A DNA stretch of 64,000 nucleotides from a virus, in the IMG/VR virus record IMGVR_UViG_3300040856_003274, positions 32,001-96,000 of that record; one strand, given 5' to 3'. A program made the position numbers and the translations under genes. The notes beneath the pieces were generated by a model, which ran no database searches, was not told the origin of the DNA, and saw only the letters and a list, made by a program, of their open reading frames with translations. Below, one piece after another: positions 1-10,547 of this stretch (position 1 is the stretch's first letter; the number at the start of each line of letters is the position of its first letter).

Positions 1-2982
1 CTTAGAGTCCTTGAAGCACCTCTTACAGATGCCGCAGGTCTTAAGATTACGATTGACGGTGTTGAGCTTACAGGTGTAGACGGAGCACGTACTTCAGGCA
101 GTGCTGACTTCAACCTTTCTTTGGAGACTCCTTTCGCAGTAGCGCGAGAGATCGCTGAGGCAATCAACGATCCTGCTAACGGCTTCAATGGTATCTGTAC
201 GGCAACTGTGGGCTCACAGCCTGTCGTAAGTTTCACATCAACACAGGTAGGCGCTGAAGGTAACGGTATTGCTCTTACGAGCACCTTTACTGATCCCTCA
301 GGCCCGTCTATCGTTGTCGGTAATGATGAGCTGTTCGAGGACAGCACAGGGTTTACTGACCTCGACGCTTTCTTTGCAGGTGGCTACACTACGTCGGCTG
401 ATGACGTAGCAGAGAGCATCGTCTCTGCGATCAATGATGCTAATAATAGCTTTGGCGGTGTTGTCACGGCTTCTCTTGGTGAAGGTGCTGGTGAGGTTAT
501 CCTCACTTCAGTGTTCTCAGGCACTGCGGGTAACGGCACAACTGTTTTCCTTGAGACAGGTGCGATTTCTTCAACAGGTGACCTCAGTGGTGGCGTATCA
601 GGTTTTGCGCGAGACTTTAACATCCTCACAGGGTTTGACGTGGATGCTCAGGGCGGTGCTCAAACTAAGCTCTTACAAGCACCTATCGCACGTCTCGCTA
701 GCACTTCTTCAACAGGTACGGCTCGCACTGACCGCGTTGTGTTAAGAAACCGTATTCTCCCAGGCTCTCGCTCACATGGGATCGCTAACCAAACGGGAGT
801 CCGTGTTGTTGGTGGCAATGCTAATCTTACGCTTGGCTTGGCGACTAACAGCTTTAGAGGTGCGAACACCTCTGCAACTGTTAAGAACCCTAGCCTCTCC
901 TCTAAGATTGGCTTTACGGAGCTCGTTGATGGTCAGCCTTCGCTCAAATTCTATAATGGAGCAGGGTCAAACTCGGCTAATAACCAACTTGTGTTTACTT
1001 CTTTCGCTTCTCCAGGTGTTACTGTTACAGTTAACTTCAACTCAAGCGCAGAAGGTACGGCAACACCACTTGGCCCTGTAGACGTTCAAGGCACGATCCT
1101 TAATCAGATTGCTGAGGCGATGGTAGATGCGGGTCTTGCAGATAATGTCGCTGAGGTTATCAGTGAGGGTCTTGTTGTACAGGCTGGCGATAGCTTCCTC
1201 GTCTTTAATGCGAGTGCTAGCTCTACGTCTCGCCTTGTTGTTGGTGGCGGTAGCTCAAACACTCTCTTTACTCTCACTGAGAACCAAGAGAGCGTCCGTA
1301 CCCCTACCTCAGCAGACGAGATTTCTTCTGCTCTCCTTAACCACACAGGTACAGGGCTCTCTTACCTCCTCGACCCCTCTGATGTCTCGACAGACTTCTT
1401 TGCTGGTCGGGCGCTCTCGTTTGTTGTCACGGATGATGAGGGTGTGAGACAGCTCGGTTTAGAGTCACTTACCGCAGGTCTTGGCGGCGGCATCCTGCTT
1501 AACAATGCTCCTAATGCTAACGCGCTTAATATTGGCACAGGACTTATCGCTGACGTTAATCAACAGGTAATAGGCGCTGATCCTATCGTTGGTTTCTTCG
1601 TGACCTCTAATGTGGCTAATGGTAGCGGTAGTGTTAATAACTCCGCGCTTAATAACGGTGTGGGTCAAGACGGCATCATCGGTCAAACTTATGTTGATGA
1701 GGTAACAGGCTTCTCATTCACCATTCTTCCTGCGGAGGGTGGGATTGATTATCCTGAGGGAGCGACTGCGACCCTTACCTTTACCTCAAGTAAGACTATT
1801 CTTGCCGATGCTAATGTCCCTGTTCATGTGATCCCAGGTCTTCAGATGGTCGTTACAGACACTCTTCAGACTGCACAGGGTAACACGGCAGAGATTACGA
1901 CTTTTGAGAAGGGTGGCGCTGAGCCTGCTCTTGGAGACAGTTTCTTTATCTCTTACGAGTATGCAAAGCGTGACTTCTCTACGCAGATTTACACTAAGCT
2001 CTCAGCGGTTGAGGCTTCTTTCGGTAGTGCTGATCCTAATCACCCGCTCAGCCTCGCGGCTCGCCTCATGTTCCTTAACGGAGCGAGCGCGATTGCGATT
2101 AAGCAAGTGCCTAAAGCTATAGGGTCTACAGATGGTTCGCTTGAGTCTTACCTTGAGGCGATTGACTCTCTTGAGGGTCAGATCGCACCGAACGTCTACC
2201 CTCGCACGATTGTGCCTCTGACTCCAGCGACGAGTAACTTGCTTAACTACCTCGCTCGCCACTGTGACGTGCAGTCGAGCTTGCGCTTTAAGGCGGAGCG
2301 TACAGCGGTACTTGGCTTTACTGCGGGTACTCAACCGAGTGAGGCGCGGGCTCTCGCTGAGGAAGTTTCTTCTTCACGCGTGCGTGTTGTTTATCCTGAT
2401 ATGGCTCGTATTAATCTTACAGATGCTTTGGGGAACACTCAGGAGTATCTCGTAGACGGACGTTATGTGGCTTCTGCGCTTGTCGGTAACTGCGTAGCTT
2501 CTACTAACGATGTTGCGACTCCTTGGACGGGTAAAGAGATCGTAGGGTTCTCAAGTCTCGCACGTACTCTCGATCTTGTTGAGCAGAATAGAGTGTCTTC
2601 AAGCGGTATCACTGTCCTTGAGGATCGCCCTCCTTTCTTGCGTGTCCGTCATGGGCTCACAACAGACATGAGTAACGTCCTCACGCGTACACCTACTGTG
2701 AACACGATTGCTGACCTCGTACAGGCGCAGGCGCGAGCTGTGCTTGAGCGTTACATTGGCAATAAGTTTATCGCGTCATCGACCTCTCAGATCGAGATCA
2801 GCCTCTCTCGTATGTTTGCTGAGCTTCAGCGTCAGCAGATCATCAATAACTTTACAGGCATCACCGTTGAGGCAGACCCTAACGATCCAACTGCGATTAA
2901 TGTCGAGGCTTATTACCAGCCCGTGTTCCCTCTCCTCTACATCGTGATTAACTTCAACGTGAGAGCGGGTAGCCTGAGCTAA
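1..2982 (+). CDS. Contractile tail sheath protein, very large, 5'-truncated by the window edge
   Basis: Frame is open from base 1. The C-terminus has sheath-type motifs (RVRVVYPD, DVATPWT, LRVRHGLTTD, DPTAINVEAYYQPVFPLLYIVINFNV). The rest is G/S/T-rich inserted domains. Confidence 0.85.
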   Translation, partial: LRVLEAPLTDAAGLKITIDGVELTGVDGARTSGSADFNLSLETPFAVAREIAEAINDPANGFNGICTATVGSQPVVSFTSTQVGAEGNGIALTSTFTDPSGPSIVVGNDELFEDSTGFTDLDAFFAGGYTTSADDVAESIVSAINDANNSFGGVVTASLGEGAGEVILTSVFSGTAGNGTTVFLETGAISSTGDLSGGVSGFARDFNILTGFDVDAQGGAQTKLLQAPIARLASTSSTGTARTDRVVLRNRILPGSRSHGIANQTGVRVVGGNANLTLGLATNSFRGANTSATVKNPSLSSKIGFTELVDGQPSLKFYNGAGSNSANNQLVFTSFASPGVTVTVNFNSSAEGTATPLGPVDVQGTILNQIAEAMVDAGLADNVAEVISEGLVVQAGDSFLVFNASASSTSRLVVGGGSSNTLFTLTENQESVRTPTSADEISSALLNHTGTGLSYLLDPSDVSTDFFAGRALSFVVTDDEGVRQLGLESLTAGLGGGILLNNAPNANALNIGTGLIADVNQQVIGADPIVGFFVTSNVANGSGSVNNSALNNGVGQDGIIGQTYVDEVTGFSFTILPAEGGIDYPEGATATLTFTSSKTILADANVPVHVIPGLQMVVTDTLQTAQGNTAEITTFEKGGAEPALGDSFFISYEYAKRDFSTQIYTKLSAVEASFGSADPNHPLSLAARLMFLNGASAIAIKQVPKAIGSTDGSLESYLEAIDSLEGQIAPNVYPRTIVPLTPATSNLLNYLARHCDVQSSLRFKAERTAVLGFTAGTQPSEARALAEEVSSSRVRVVYPDMARINLTDALGNTQEYLVDGRYVASALVGNCVASTNDVATPWTGKEIVGFSSLARTLDLVEQNRVSSSGITVLEDRPPFLRVRHGLTTDMSNVLTRTPTVNTIADLVQAQARAVLERYIGNKFIASSTSQIEISLSRMFAELQRQQIINNFTGITVEADPNDPTAINVEAYYQPVFPLLYIVINFNVRAGSLS

Positions 2983-3023
2983 GAAAGCTGAAAAGCATAG
3001 CGCCGATGGTTGAGGCGAGAAGA

Positions 3024-4406
3024 TTAAATAATGAAGCCCTTTGAGATTAGGGTAATCTCACCTAACATTACAGAGTGGATGTCTTCGACAAACTTCGATA
3101 TTAACCGCTCGTCTTCTCCCTCAACCATGATCCGAGCTTTCTGTTCCGTACCAGAGTAACGGATAAGGACTCTCCCTCTGTCGGCTAATCTTTTCTCGAT
3201 GGATGCGATTATAGCGTTCGTCTTTAGGAGGCTCTCAAGGGGAGGCTTGGAAGACACCTTGAAGCTCTTTAGCACCTGAGGGTAACGCACCATCTCAGAC
3301 CCTAAAGCGTTTAGGGTTTTCTTCTCAGTAACCATAATGTTGAGGATAGCGAGGGCGGTGGCAAGACCGTCCCCTGTGGTCGAGAAATCTTTAAGGATGG
3401 TGTGTCCTGATTGCTCGCCTCCAAGATTAAGCCCTTCCTCTATCATCTTTGCCATAACGTGACGATCCCCTACCTGTACCCTCTCTACAGTCACGTTGTG
3501 CTTCCTTAAGGTAGTGTCGAGTCCTAGATTACTCATTACAGTTGCGACAACACGGTTACCTTTTAGCTGTCCGTTAGCATTCATCGTCCTGCCCAAGATT
3601 GCGAGCACTTGATCCCCGTCTAATACGGATTGCGTTTCATCAACAAGAATGACTCGATCTGCATCTCCGTCTAGAGCAATGCCGATATCCGCACCTTCTC
3701 GGCCTACTCTCTCGATTAGCTTCTCGGTGTTTGTAGCTCCACAGGAGTCGTTAATGTTAGACCCGTCAGGCGTAACGCCGATTGCAATTACTTCTGCGCC
3801 GAGGTCTTTTAACAGATTAGGGGCTATGCGGTAAGCCGCGCCGTGGGCGCAGTCCACGACTACTTTAAGACCCTGTAAAGAAAAGCTCTCAGGAAGGCTT
3901 TGTTTTATCTTCTTAGCGTAGAGAGAGATAGCATTGTCTATATGAGAGGTTCTACCGATATTCCTACCTGTGAGGCGAAGCTCCTCGCTACCTAGCTTGA
4001 GAGTATGGATGATGCTTTCAATCTTTCTCTCAGCGCCTTCTGTAAGTTTAAGTCCGTTTTGATCGAAGACTTTCACACCGTTCTCCTCAAAAGGGTTATG
4101 GGAAGCAGTGACCATAAGCCCTGCGTCTGCATAAAGACTTTGAGTGATGGTAGCTACCGCAGGAGTAGGGACGATCCCTGCAAAGAGAACATCCACTCCA
4201 GCCGAACAGAGCCCAGCAACTAGAGCGTGTTCTATGAGACATCCTGATAACCGTGTATCTCTTCCTAAAACAACCTGTGGTCGCCTCTCTTCGATGTGTT
4301 GATAGAGACTAAGCCCTATAGCGCGTCCTAATAAAAGTGCTGCCTCAGGGCTCATTACGCCAACATTAGCGAGCCCTCTAATACCATCTGTACCAAACAA
4401 CCGCAT
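3024..4406 (-). CDS. glmM: Phosphoglucosamine mutase
   Basis: LFGTDGIRG, TASHNP (phospho-Ser), DGDADR (metal loop), GGEQSGH and IRYSGTE motifs; 460 aa. Confidence 0.95.
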   Translation of the reverse strand: MRLFGTDGIRGLANVGVMSPEAALLLGRAIGLSLYQHIEERRPQVVLGRDTRLSGCLIEHALVAGLCSAGVDVLFAGIVPTPAVATITQSLYADAGLMVTASHNPFEENGVKVFDQNGLKLTEGAERKIESIIHTLKLGSEELRLTGRNIGRTSHIDNAISLYAKKIKQSLPESFSLQGLKVVVDCAHGAAYRIAPNLLKDLGAEVIAIGVTPDGSNINDSCGATNTEKLIERVGREGADIGIALDGDADRVILVDETQSVLDGDQVLAILGRTMNANGQLKGNRVVATVMSNLGLDTTLRKHNVTVERVQVGDRHVMAKMIEEGLNLGGEQSGHTILKDFSTTGDGLATALAILNIMVTEKKTLNALGSEMVRYPQVLKSFKVSSKPPLESLLKTNAIIASIEKRLADRGRVLIRYSGTEQKARIMVEGEDERLISKFVEDIHSVMLGEITLISKGFII

Positions 4407-4410
4407 TGAA

Positions 4411-5478
4411 TCACCTTCTCTTAGAAGCTATTTTCTTAACACCTTTGATTAAGTTATTTTCTAGAAGAGTCGGGCTTATATACCTTTTCCAAAAGTATGG
4501 TGTGAACACTGTCTCGAAGTTAAAAGAGCGGTCATGGTGGCTAATTTGTATTTCCTTAAGGGGACGTTGAAGACCCCAAGGTAAAAAAAGAATTACGTAT
4601 TTGGTTGTATGCTGGGCGAGAGGATCTTCTAAAAGGATTTTTATCTTAAGAGTTTGTTTTAAAACGGGGGATACAATCTCATAAGTACGAGATCGGGTTG
4701 TACTTCTAGAGAGCGTAGCTTTCCACATGTTGGGTTTAGGGGGGTCGCCCCACATCACTTCAATAGGGCTCTCGTCAGAGGCGATTTTTGTGCTACCGCT
4801 CCTTGGCTTTATCCTTATTACGCTACTTATTTCTTTCCAACCCTCACGGCTTTTAACCTTTTCAAACCATGCTTCTGCGGCATGAGTTAAGGTGGCTCCT
4901 GCATTGAACTCAAGCAACTCTGAATAGTAGTAGACCTGTAACTCCCACAGGTAGCTCTCTCTATCCATTGTGTGTATCTGAACCTTTAAGTATTTAGTAC
5001 CGCCTACATTTTTTCGGAAGTCTTTCGCGGTTATCCTTATCGGGCGCTCTATTAGTGGGCTATCTACGGTAAGGCTGAGTTCGTATTCGTCGTAAGAGGC
5101 TTTCCATATATTAGGTTTGGGTGGGTTTCCCCATTGGAGCTCAATCTTAGAAGAAGCGACTTTGTTAGGTGTCTTAAGCTCGTTGTGCTTCACTAGCATT
5201 CTTTTAACGGTGCTCCAAAACGCATGGGAGAGCACCGCTTCTCCATCATCAAGGTCTTCTGTAGGCGCATAGAGACTTTCTTTCCAACTGCCCTGAGCGC
5301 CATAAACAGCAACGAGAGAGATACCCTCTGAGGTACTTTTTTCAAGGGTAATAAAAATAGTCTCATGCCGAAGCGCGGGAGATTGGATGGTATAGGCTTT
5401 CCATCCAGTTTTTAGCTCTCTTACGGTAGCTTTCCACATGTTGGGTTTAGGGGGGTCGCCCCACATCACTCTTAACAT
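4411..5478 (-). CDS. WGDPPKPN-repeat protein (3 units)
   Basis: Three WG[DN]PPKPNxWKA units joined by KVAS/KIAS; ends KIASKRR; AGGAG RBS upstream. Confidence 0.85.
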   Translation of the reverse strand: MLRVMWGDPPKPNMWKATVRELKTGWKAYTIQSPALRHETIFITLEKSTSEGISLVAVYGAQGSWKESLYAPTEDLDDGEAVLSHAFWSTVKRMLVKHNELKTPNKVASSKIELQWGNPPKPNIWKASYDEYELSLTVDSPLIERPIRITAKDFRKNVGGTKYLKVQIHTMDRESYLWELQVYYYSELLEFNAGATLTHAAEAWFEKVKSREGWKEISSVIRIKPRSGSTKIASDESPIEVMWGDPPKPNMWKATLSRSTTRSRTYEIVSPVLKQTLKIKILLEDPLAQHTTKYVILFLPWGLQRPLKEIQISHHDRSFNFETVFTPYFWKRYISPTLLENNLIKGVKKIASKRR

Positions 5479-5523
5479 TAGTATTCTCCTTATGCTTAAG
5501 TAAAGTTAACACTTCTGAGTTAT

Positions 5524-6507
5524 ATGGAGATTATCATGTCCCAACTAGCGTTACTAAAAGCCCTCCCAAACATCATCCTGGGGCTTTGGATGTCTTTCTT
5601 AAGTTATAAAGCCTACGTGTATTACGGCGACTTAACAGCCCAAAAAACTATCTTGAGGCAGACTCAAGGGCTCTTGAATGAGAAAGAGCGAGAGATGCAA
5701 AAGGAGCACCGAGAGATAGGAGTGTTAAAGTCTAAACTGGTCAAAGACCTCAAAAGCCTAGAAGAAGATGCTTCCCGTCTTAGGCAAATGTATGGAGAAA
5801 GCTCTGAGAAGCTAGACAAGTTTATTGCGAAGCACAACCTGAGGCTCAAATCCTATCAGCGAGCTAACTTCTCCCTGAGGCAGAGGATTGAGTCTGCTAA
5901 GTCTAAACCAAAGGTGACTGTGGTTACCAAAGCGGGGTCGTGTGAAGAAAACACCGAGGTGTATTATCGTTATGAGGAAGAGAATGGGCGCGTAATCTTA
6001 GAGACTCCCAACTGCCTTAAGAATGGTGAAGAGGTCTTGACTCTTAACCAGTCCTTTGTGGTGTATGGAGAGGTTTTCCAACAAGATGGCGGGGCGCTTG
6101 AGGTATCCAGGTTAGTCTTAAAAGAGGTAGACCCTGACAACCCTAAGATCATTCTCGCAAAACCAAAGTTAGTAACAGGTGATTTTAAGTACCATCCTTT
6201 TACGCCTAAACCTAAGCCTGCTAAGCCCTTCAACATAGTGGCTGGAGTCGGGTTTGATAAAGACGGGTTCGCTAACGTCTCTTTAGGTATCTCTCCGCTC
6301 AGGTATCGCCAAGGGTTCTTATCTCTGTCCTATCAAATGTTTGAGCAAGCTAAGGGGATTGATAGGCACGCGATCTCAGCGCGAGTCGGCTGGCGACCTA
6401 AACTCTTTGAGGGAGATTTAAACTTCGGAGTCTCTTTGGGCGTTGGCACACCTGTAACAAGGCTAATCCCTCAATATACTCTGTCTTTTGATTTCTTTGT
6501 TTGGTGA
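5524..6507 (+). CDS. Membrane-anchored coiled-coil protein with C-terminal beta-strand domain (possible spanin-like)
   Basis: N-terminal hydrophobic helix, ~100 aa coiled coil, Gly/aromatic amphipathic strands ending YTLSFDFFVW. Confidence 0.55.
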   Translation: MEIIMSQLALLKALPNIILGLWMSFLSYKAYVYYGDLTAQKTILRQTQGLLNEKEREMQKEHREIGVLKSKLVKDLKSLEEDASRLRQMYGESSEKLDKFIAKHNLRLKSYQRANFSLRQRIESAKSKPKVTVVTKAGSCEENTEVYYRYEEENGRVILETPNCLKNGEEVLTLNQSFVVYGEVFQQDGGALEVSRLVLKEVDPDNPKIILAKPKLVTGDFKYHPFTPKPKPAKPFNIVAGVGFDKDGFANVSLGISPLRYRQGFLSLSYQMFEQAKGIDRHAISARVGWRPKLFEGDLNFGVSLGVGTPVTRLIPQYTLSFDFFVW

Positions 6508-6520
6508 GAGGCAAGTTGTT

Positions 6521-7612
6521 ATGGGTGATCTAAAAGCGCAGTGGGGTAATCCTCCTAAACCTAATATGTGGAAAGTGAGAGAGTACAACCACTCTTCAGA
6601 CAAAGACTACGTGGCTGTTGTCTCTCCTATCTTAAAGAACAACGGTGAGTTTTACGTAATGCGTAACGAAAAGCGAGAGTGGGAAATACGTTACCATGAC
6701 CGCTTCCACATATATATCTCCATTAAGCGTCTGAAAGAAACTCACAGCTTTTTAGAAGTGCGACATTACTTCTTAAGCTCTGTATGCTGGTCAAAAGATA
6801 TCGGGCCGTTCTTAAGAGACAACCGAAACTTCTTCGCAGACGGCTTTTCGACAAAAGTCGCGTCTTCTGTCCTTAAGGCAAAGAAGATTAAGCATCGAGC
6901 TATGTGGGGTGACCCTCCTAAGCCTAACATGTGGAAGGTCGATTTTAGGTGGTATGCTGGAGGTGGCGAGGAGTTTTCTTATTGCTCGGTAGAGTCCCCT
7001 GTCTTAAAAGAGGGGTCTTTTTTCCAGTTGATGTTCGACACCTCAAGTAAAAAATGGACTATTCAATACAGCGGGTCTACTACTTTCCACGTCCACACCT
7101 TTCATAATACAAATAAATTTTTAGAGGCGCGGGATATCTTTTTAAGTCGAAAGGGCTGGAAGATTATCAAGACCTTTGCGCTTATCGCGGGGACAGATTT
7201 CTTCCGCACTAAGGTAGCGTCGTCTTCTTCTAAACTCGAAGCGCATTGGGGTACTCCAGCCAAACCTAATATGTGGAAAGTTGAGGAGTACGAGGAGTTT
7301 GTAGAGGTCACTTCTCCTGTGTTAGGAGACGGTTCTCTTTTGTTAACCTCTCCTGCATATAATGGCACAATCAAATATCACATAGAGTATCACAATAAAA
7401 AACGACATCTTCGGAAACTAGTGATGGAGGTAGACAACTATCCGTATGAGAATGCTTTAAAATGGTTCTTAGGGAGTATGTTTTGGGATAGGAAGTTAAA
7501 AGAGTGGGCGAGTAAGCAACCTTTCCCAGTATTCACAAAAAATAAGATAGCTTCCTCTAACTTGCGGGTGATGTGGGGCAACCCCGTCAAATCTAATCTA
7601 TGGAAGGTCTGA
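6521..7612 (+). CDS. WGDPPKPN-repeat protein (3 units plus terminal stub)
   Basis: Four motifs; the last (WGNPVKSNLWKV) is followed directly by stop. ATG 6521 chosen over TTG 6488. Confidence 0.85.
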   Translation: MGDLKAQWGNPPKPNMWKVREYNHSSDKDYVAVVSPILKNNGEFYVMRNEKREWEIRYHDRFHIYISIKRLKETHSFLEVRHYFLSSVCWSKDIGPFLRDNRNFFADGFSTKVASSVLKAKKIKHRAMWGDPPKPNMWKVDFRWYAGGGEEFSYCSVESPVLKEGSFFQLMFDTSSKKWTIQYSGSTTFHVHTFHNTNKFLEARDIFLSRKGWKIIKTFALIAGTDFFRTKVASSSSKLEAHWGTPAKPNMWKVEEYEEFVEVTSPVLGDGSLLLTSPAYNGTIKYHIEYHNKKRHLRKLVMEVDNYPYENALKWFLGSMFWDRKLKEWASKQPFPVFTKNKIASSNLRVMWGNPVKSNLWKV

Positions 7613-7684
7613 GGACGAGCTTAGGATTTCTTTATTCCACTTATACCCGCCTTTAGGTAGGATCTACCTAACAAGGAGAAAAAA

Positions 7685-8170
7685 ATGAGAAGAACAGCTT
7701 CAGAAATACTATCTGACATTAAGGACCTTAAGATCAGAGTCGCTAACTTAAATTATTCCTCTATGGTTACGATTTCATCGGAAGCGCGGAAGCTCCTCGA
7801 CCATGCGCGTACTATACCTGATCTTGCTGCCTCGAATAAGAGTGATCTAGGGACTCTGATGCACATCGGGTTGCCCCCTATAATAACGAGGTTGCATAGA
7901 GCACTTAAGGCTAAGGCTAAGGGTGGTGAGTCCGTGACAGAAATGGATTTAGAGTTGCTTCAGTTCTGTGTGTATCTACACAACGAGCTGGCAAATGGCG
8001 GGGCGTGGACTCTTGAACCTGCACCTGTCAATCAGCAGTTGAACCCTAGAGCTTTTGATGAGGTTTCAGGGGCTCGGTCAGGTTGGGTAGTTGAGACTAT
8101 CGTTCCTAGCATCCCACAAGTAAGCGCACTTAGGGGGCTAGTCAAAGTGACAGCGCGTCGTCCTCAATAG
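7685..8170 (+). CDS. Hypothetical protein with N-terminal RRTAS/RVAN motifs
   Basis: AAGGAG RBS; 161 aa. Confidence 0.7.
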   Translation: MRRTASEILSDIKDLKIRVANLNYSSMVTISSEARKLLDHARTIPDLAASNKSDLGTLMHIGLPPIITRLHRALKAKAKGGESVTEMDLELLQFCVYLHNELANGGAWTLEPAPVNQQLNPRAFDEVSGARSGWVVETIVPSIPQVSALRGLVKVTARRPQ

Positions 8171-8214
8171 TTGTTCACCTTTCTATTCGTTCATTAAGAG
8201 CGACACTAGAAAAG

Positions 8215-8508
8215 CTAAAGACTCTTGAGTAGGTGAGGAGGGATCTCTTTCCCATAGATTTTCCTGAGTCTAAAAGATACGTCCTTGTGCGCGTCTTTAT
8301 ACTCAGTAAAGAATAAAGGGGCTCTTTGTTCCCATGCCTTGTAGCCGATTTCTTTGACGAGCTCAGCGATCTTGTAAGCATCTACTTGGTGTATGCAATC
8401 TTTAATCGCCTCAGAGCCTTTTACGGGCTCTAATGTTACAAACAGCATGAAGATTTGATTAGCCTGCTTGTATCTCTTAGCTACTCTGCGTGCTTGCTCT
8501 TTTCGCAT
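8215..8508 (-). CDS. Hypothetical protein (N-terminal RRVAKRY)
   Basis: 97 aa ORF filling the gap; GAGG upstream. Confidence 0.6.
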   Translation of the reverse strand: MRKEQARRVAKRYKQANQIFMLFVTLEPVKGSEAIKDCIHQVDAYKIAELVKEIGYKAWEQRAPLFFTEYKDAHKDVSFRLRKIYGKEIPPHLLKSL

Positions 8509-8629
8509 AGACTTCTAGCCTCTCAGTCATGGTGTTTATCAAAAGCTAATATCAGAGGTTTAGTGTTTGACAAGCGTAATCCCTTCCGATGTTATGAGCT
8601 TTATCAAGCCACGTCGGAAAGGAAAAAAA

Positions 8630-9214
8630 ATGGCGCTCACCTTTTATTACTCTACCGTTAATGCGGGTAAGACCGCGAAGCTCATCTTAGACGCGCACGC
8701 GCACAAGAGTCGAGATGTTAAGACTCTTGTCTTGCTACCTGAGATCGCGCTCTCAAGAGAAAACGGTAATACTCTCTCATCAAGAGCAGGGCTTTCTTGT
8801 GAGATTACATCTTTGCCTGACGGTGGTTGCCCTCACAGCCTTGTGAGCGATCTTAATGAGCTACCTGAAGTGGTCTTCATTGACGAGGCGCAGTTTCTCA
8901 CCCCAGCTCAGATTAGAGGTCTTTGTAATATTACAGACCTCCTTAACATCCCTGTATTTGCTTTTGGACTACGTACTAACTTTTACGGTGAGCCTTTTGA
9001 GGGGAGCATTTATCTCATGGCATGGGCAGATAGGATCGTAGAGATACCTACACCGTCAACGAGAGAAAAGCATGTTTTCGCGACAATGAACATTAGAGTG
9101 TGTCCTGAGACTAAAGAGCGCGTATCAGGAGAGAACGGGATTGAGGTAGGCTTTAACTTTGAGCCTGTAAGCAGAAGGTATTTTAATCTTAATGAGAGAT
9201 GGGAAGAAAAATGA
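8630..9214 (+). CDS. tdk: Thymidine kinase
   Basis: YYSTVNAGKT Walker A, SSRAG, FIDEAQFLT, FGLRTNF; ATG at 8630 follows AAGGA. Confidence 0.92.
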   Translation: MALTFYYSTVNAGKTAKLILDAHAHKSRDVKTLVLLPEIALSRENGNTLSSRAGLSCEITSLPDGGCPHSLVSDLNELPEVVFIDEAQFLTPAQIRGLCNITDLLNIPVFAFGLRTNFYGEPFEGSIYLMAWADRIVEIPTPSTREKHVFATMNIRVCPETKERVSGENGIEVGFNFEPVSRRYFNLNERWEEK

Positions 9215-9699
9215 TTGCACTAATCGCCGCTGTCGGCGCAAAACTAGGTATCGGCTTTAATGGTCAGCTCCCTTGGGGGCATATTAAGAAAGACATGTCG
9301 CACTTTAAGCGTGTGACAAAAAACAGCACGCTCATTATGGGACGCGCTACCTACGAGTCGATAGGCAGACCCCTCCCTGATAGAGAGATGTTTATTGTGT
9401 CGAGCACATTAGAGCCTAATGACCATATTCGAGTTTTTAAGGATATACCCACAGCATTAGAGGCTTGTAAGACCGAAGACATATTCTTTGCTGGTGGTGT
9501 CCGTATTTACGAGGAGGGTGCTAAATACGCAGATAGGATATACCTTACTATGCTCTCTTCAGAAGCTGAGGCAGACACTTACTTCCCTAAGCAAATACTT
9601 ACTCCTGAAGAGTGGGTAGTCATAGATCATTCGCATGATTATGACTCCGACTCAGATGTGAGGCTCAGCTTCTTCACATTTGAGCGAGAGGTGGCTTAA
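9211..9699 (+). CDS. folA: Dihydrofolate reductase
   Basis: IAAV...GIG..GQLPW, DMSHFK, IMGRATYESIGRPLPDR, GGVRIY, ADTYFP. Confidence 0.95.
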   Translation: MIALIAAVGAKLGIGFNGQLPWGHIKKDMSHFKRVTKNSTLIMGRATYESIGRPLPDREMFIVSSTLEPNDHIRVFKDIPTALEACKTEDIFFAGGVRIYEEGAKYADRIYLTMLSSEAEADTYFPKQILTPEEWVVIDHSHDYDSDSDVRLSFFTFEREVA

Positions 9700-9702
9700 G
9701 GT

Positions 9703-10497
9703 ATGTCAGAGCAAGGTTACATTAACTTAGCTAAGAAAGTGCTCTCAGAGGGCGAATACCGCGCTGATCGAACAGGTGTGGGTATTTATTCTCTCTTCGG
9801 TGAGCAAGTCAAGTATGATCTCACAGAAGGCTTCCCGTTGCTCACCTCAAAGAAAGTCTACTTTAAAGGTGTAGCATACGAGCTGATTTGGTTTTTGAGC
9901 GGAGATACTAATATTAAATTTCTGCAAGAAAACAAAGTGCGGATATGGGACGAGTGGGCTGACTCCGAAGGTAATTTAGGGCCTGTCTATGGCAAGCAGT
10001 GGAGAGATTGGAGCGGTGTAGATCAGATCGCTAATCTTATAGAAGAGCTTAAGTCTAATCCGACTTCGCGTAGGCATCTAGTGAGCGCATGGAATGTTAG
10101 TGAGTTAGCAGAAATGGCGCTCCCCCCTTGCCACATGACCTTTCAGTTTTATGTGCGCCGAGGAGAGTATTTAGACTGCCAGCTTTATCAGAGGTCTGCT
10201 GATCTTTTCTTAGGCGTACCTTTCAACATCGCCTCCTACGCGCTCTTAACTCATGTGATCGCTAAGCTAACAGGACTTAAAGCTGGCGTGTTTACGCATA
10301 CAATGGGTGACGTACATATCTACTCCAATCACCTAGATCAGATTAAGGAACAGATTAGAAGATTTGAGAACGAGCCTAGACCCCTCCCTCAGATAGAGCT
10401 TCAGCCGATTGATAACATAGACTCATTTTGCTACGGAGACATAAGAATAGCGGGGTATGATCCTCACCCTCCTATCAAAGGTACGGTGGCGGTCTAA
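9703..10497 (+). CDS. thyA: Thymidylate synthase
   Basis: [53 protein letters not shown]. Confidence 0.98.
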   Translation: MSEQGYINLAKKVLSEGEYRADRTGVGIYSLFGEQVKYDLTEGFPLLTSKKVYFKGVAYELIWFLSGDTNIKFLQENKVRIWDEWADSEGNLGPVYGKQWRDWSGVDQIANLIEELKSNPTSRRHLVSAWNVSELAEMALPPCHMTFQFYVRRGEYLDCQLYQRSADLFLGVPFNIASYALLTHVIAKLTGLKAGVFTHTMGDVHIYSNHLDQIKEQIRRFENEPRPLPQIELQPIDNIDSFCYGDIRIAGYDPHPPIKGTVAV

Positions 10498-10547
10498 ATT
10501 CTATATACCTTCGATAGTCACAGACTAGTAAAAGACTAGGAGGTACT

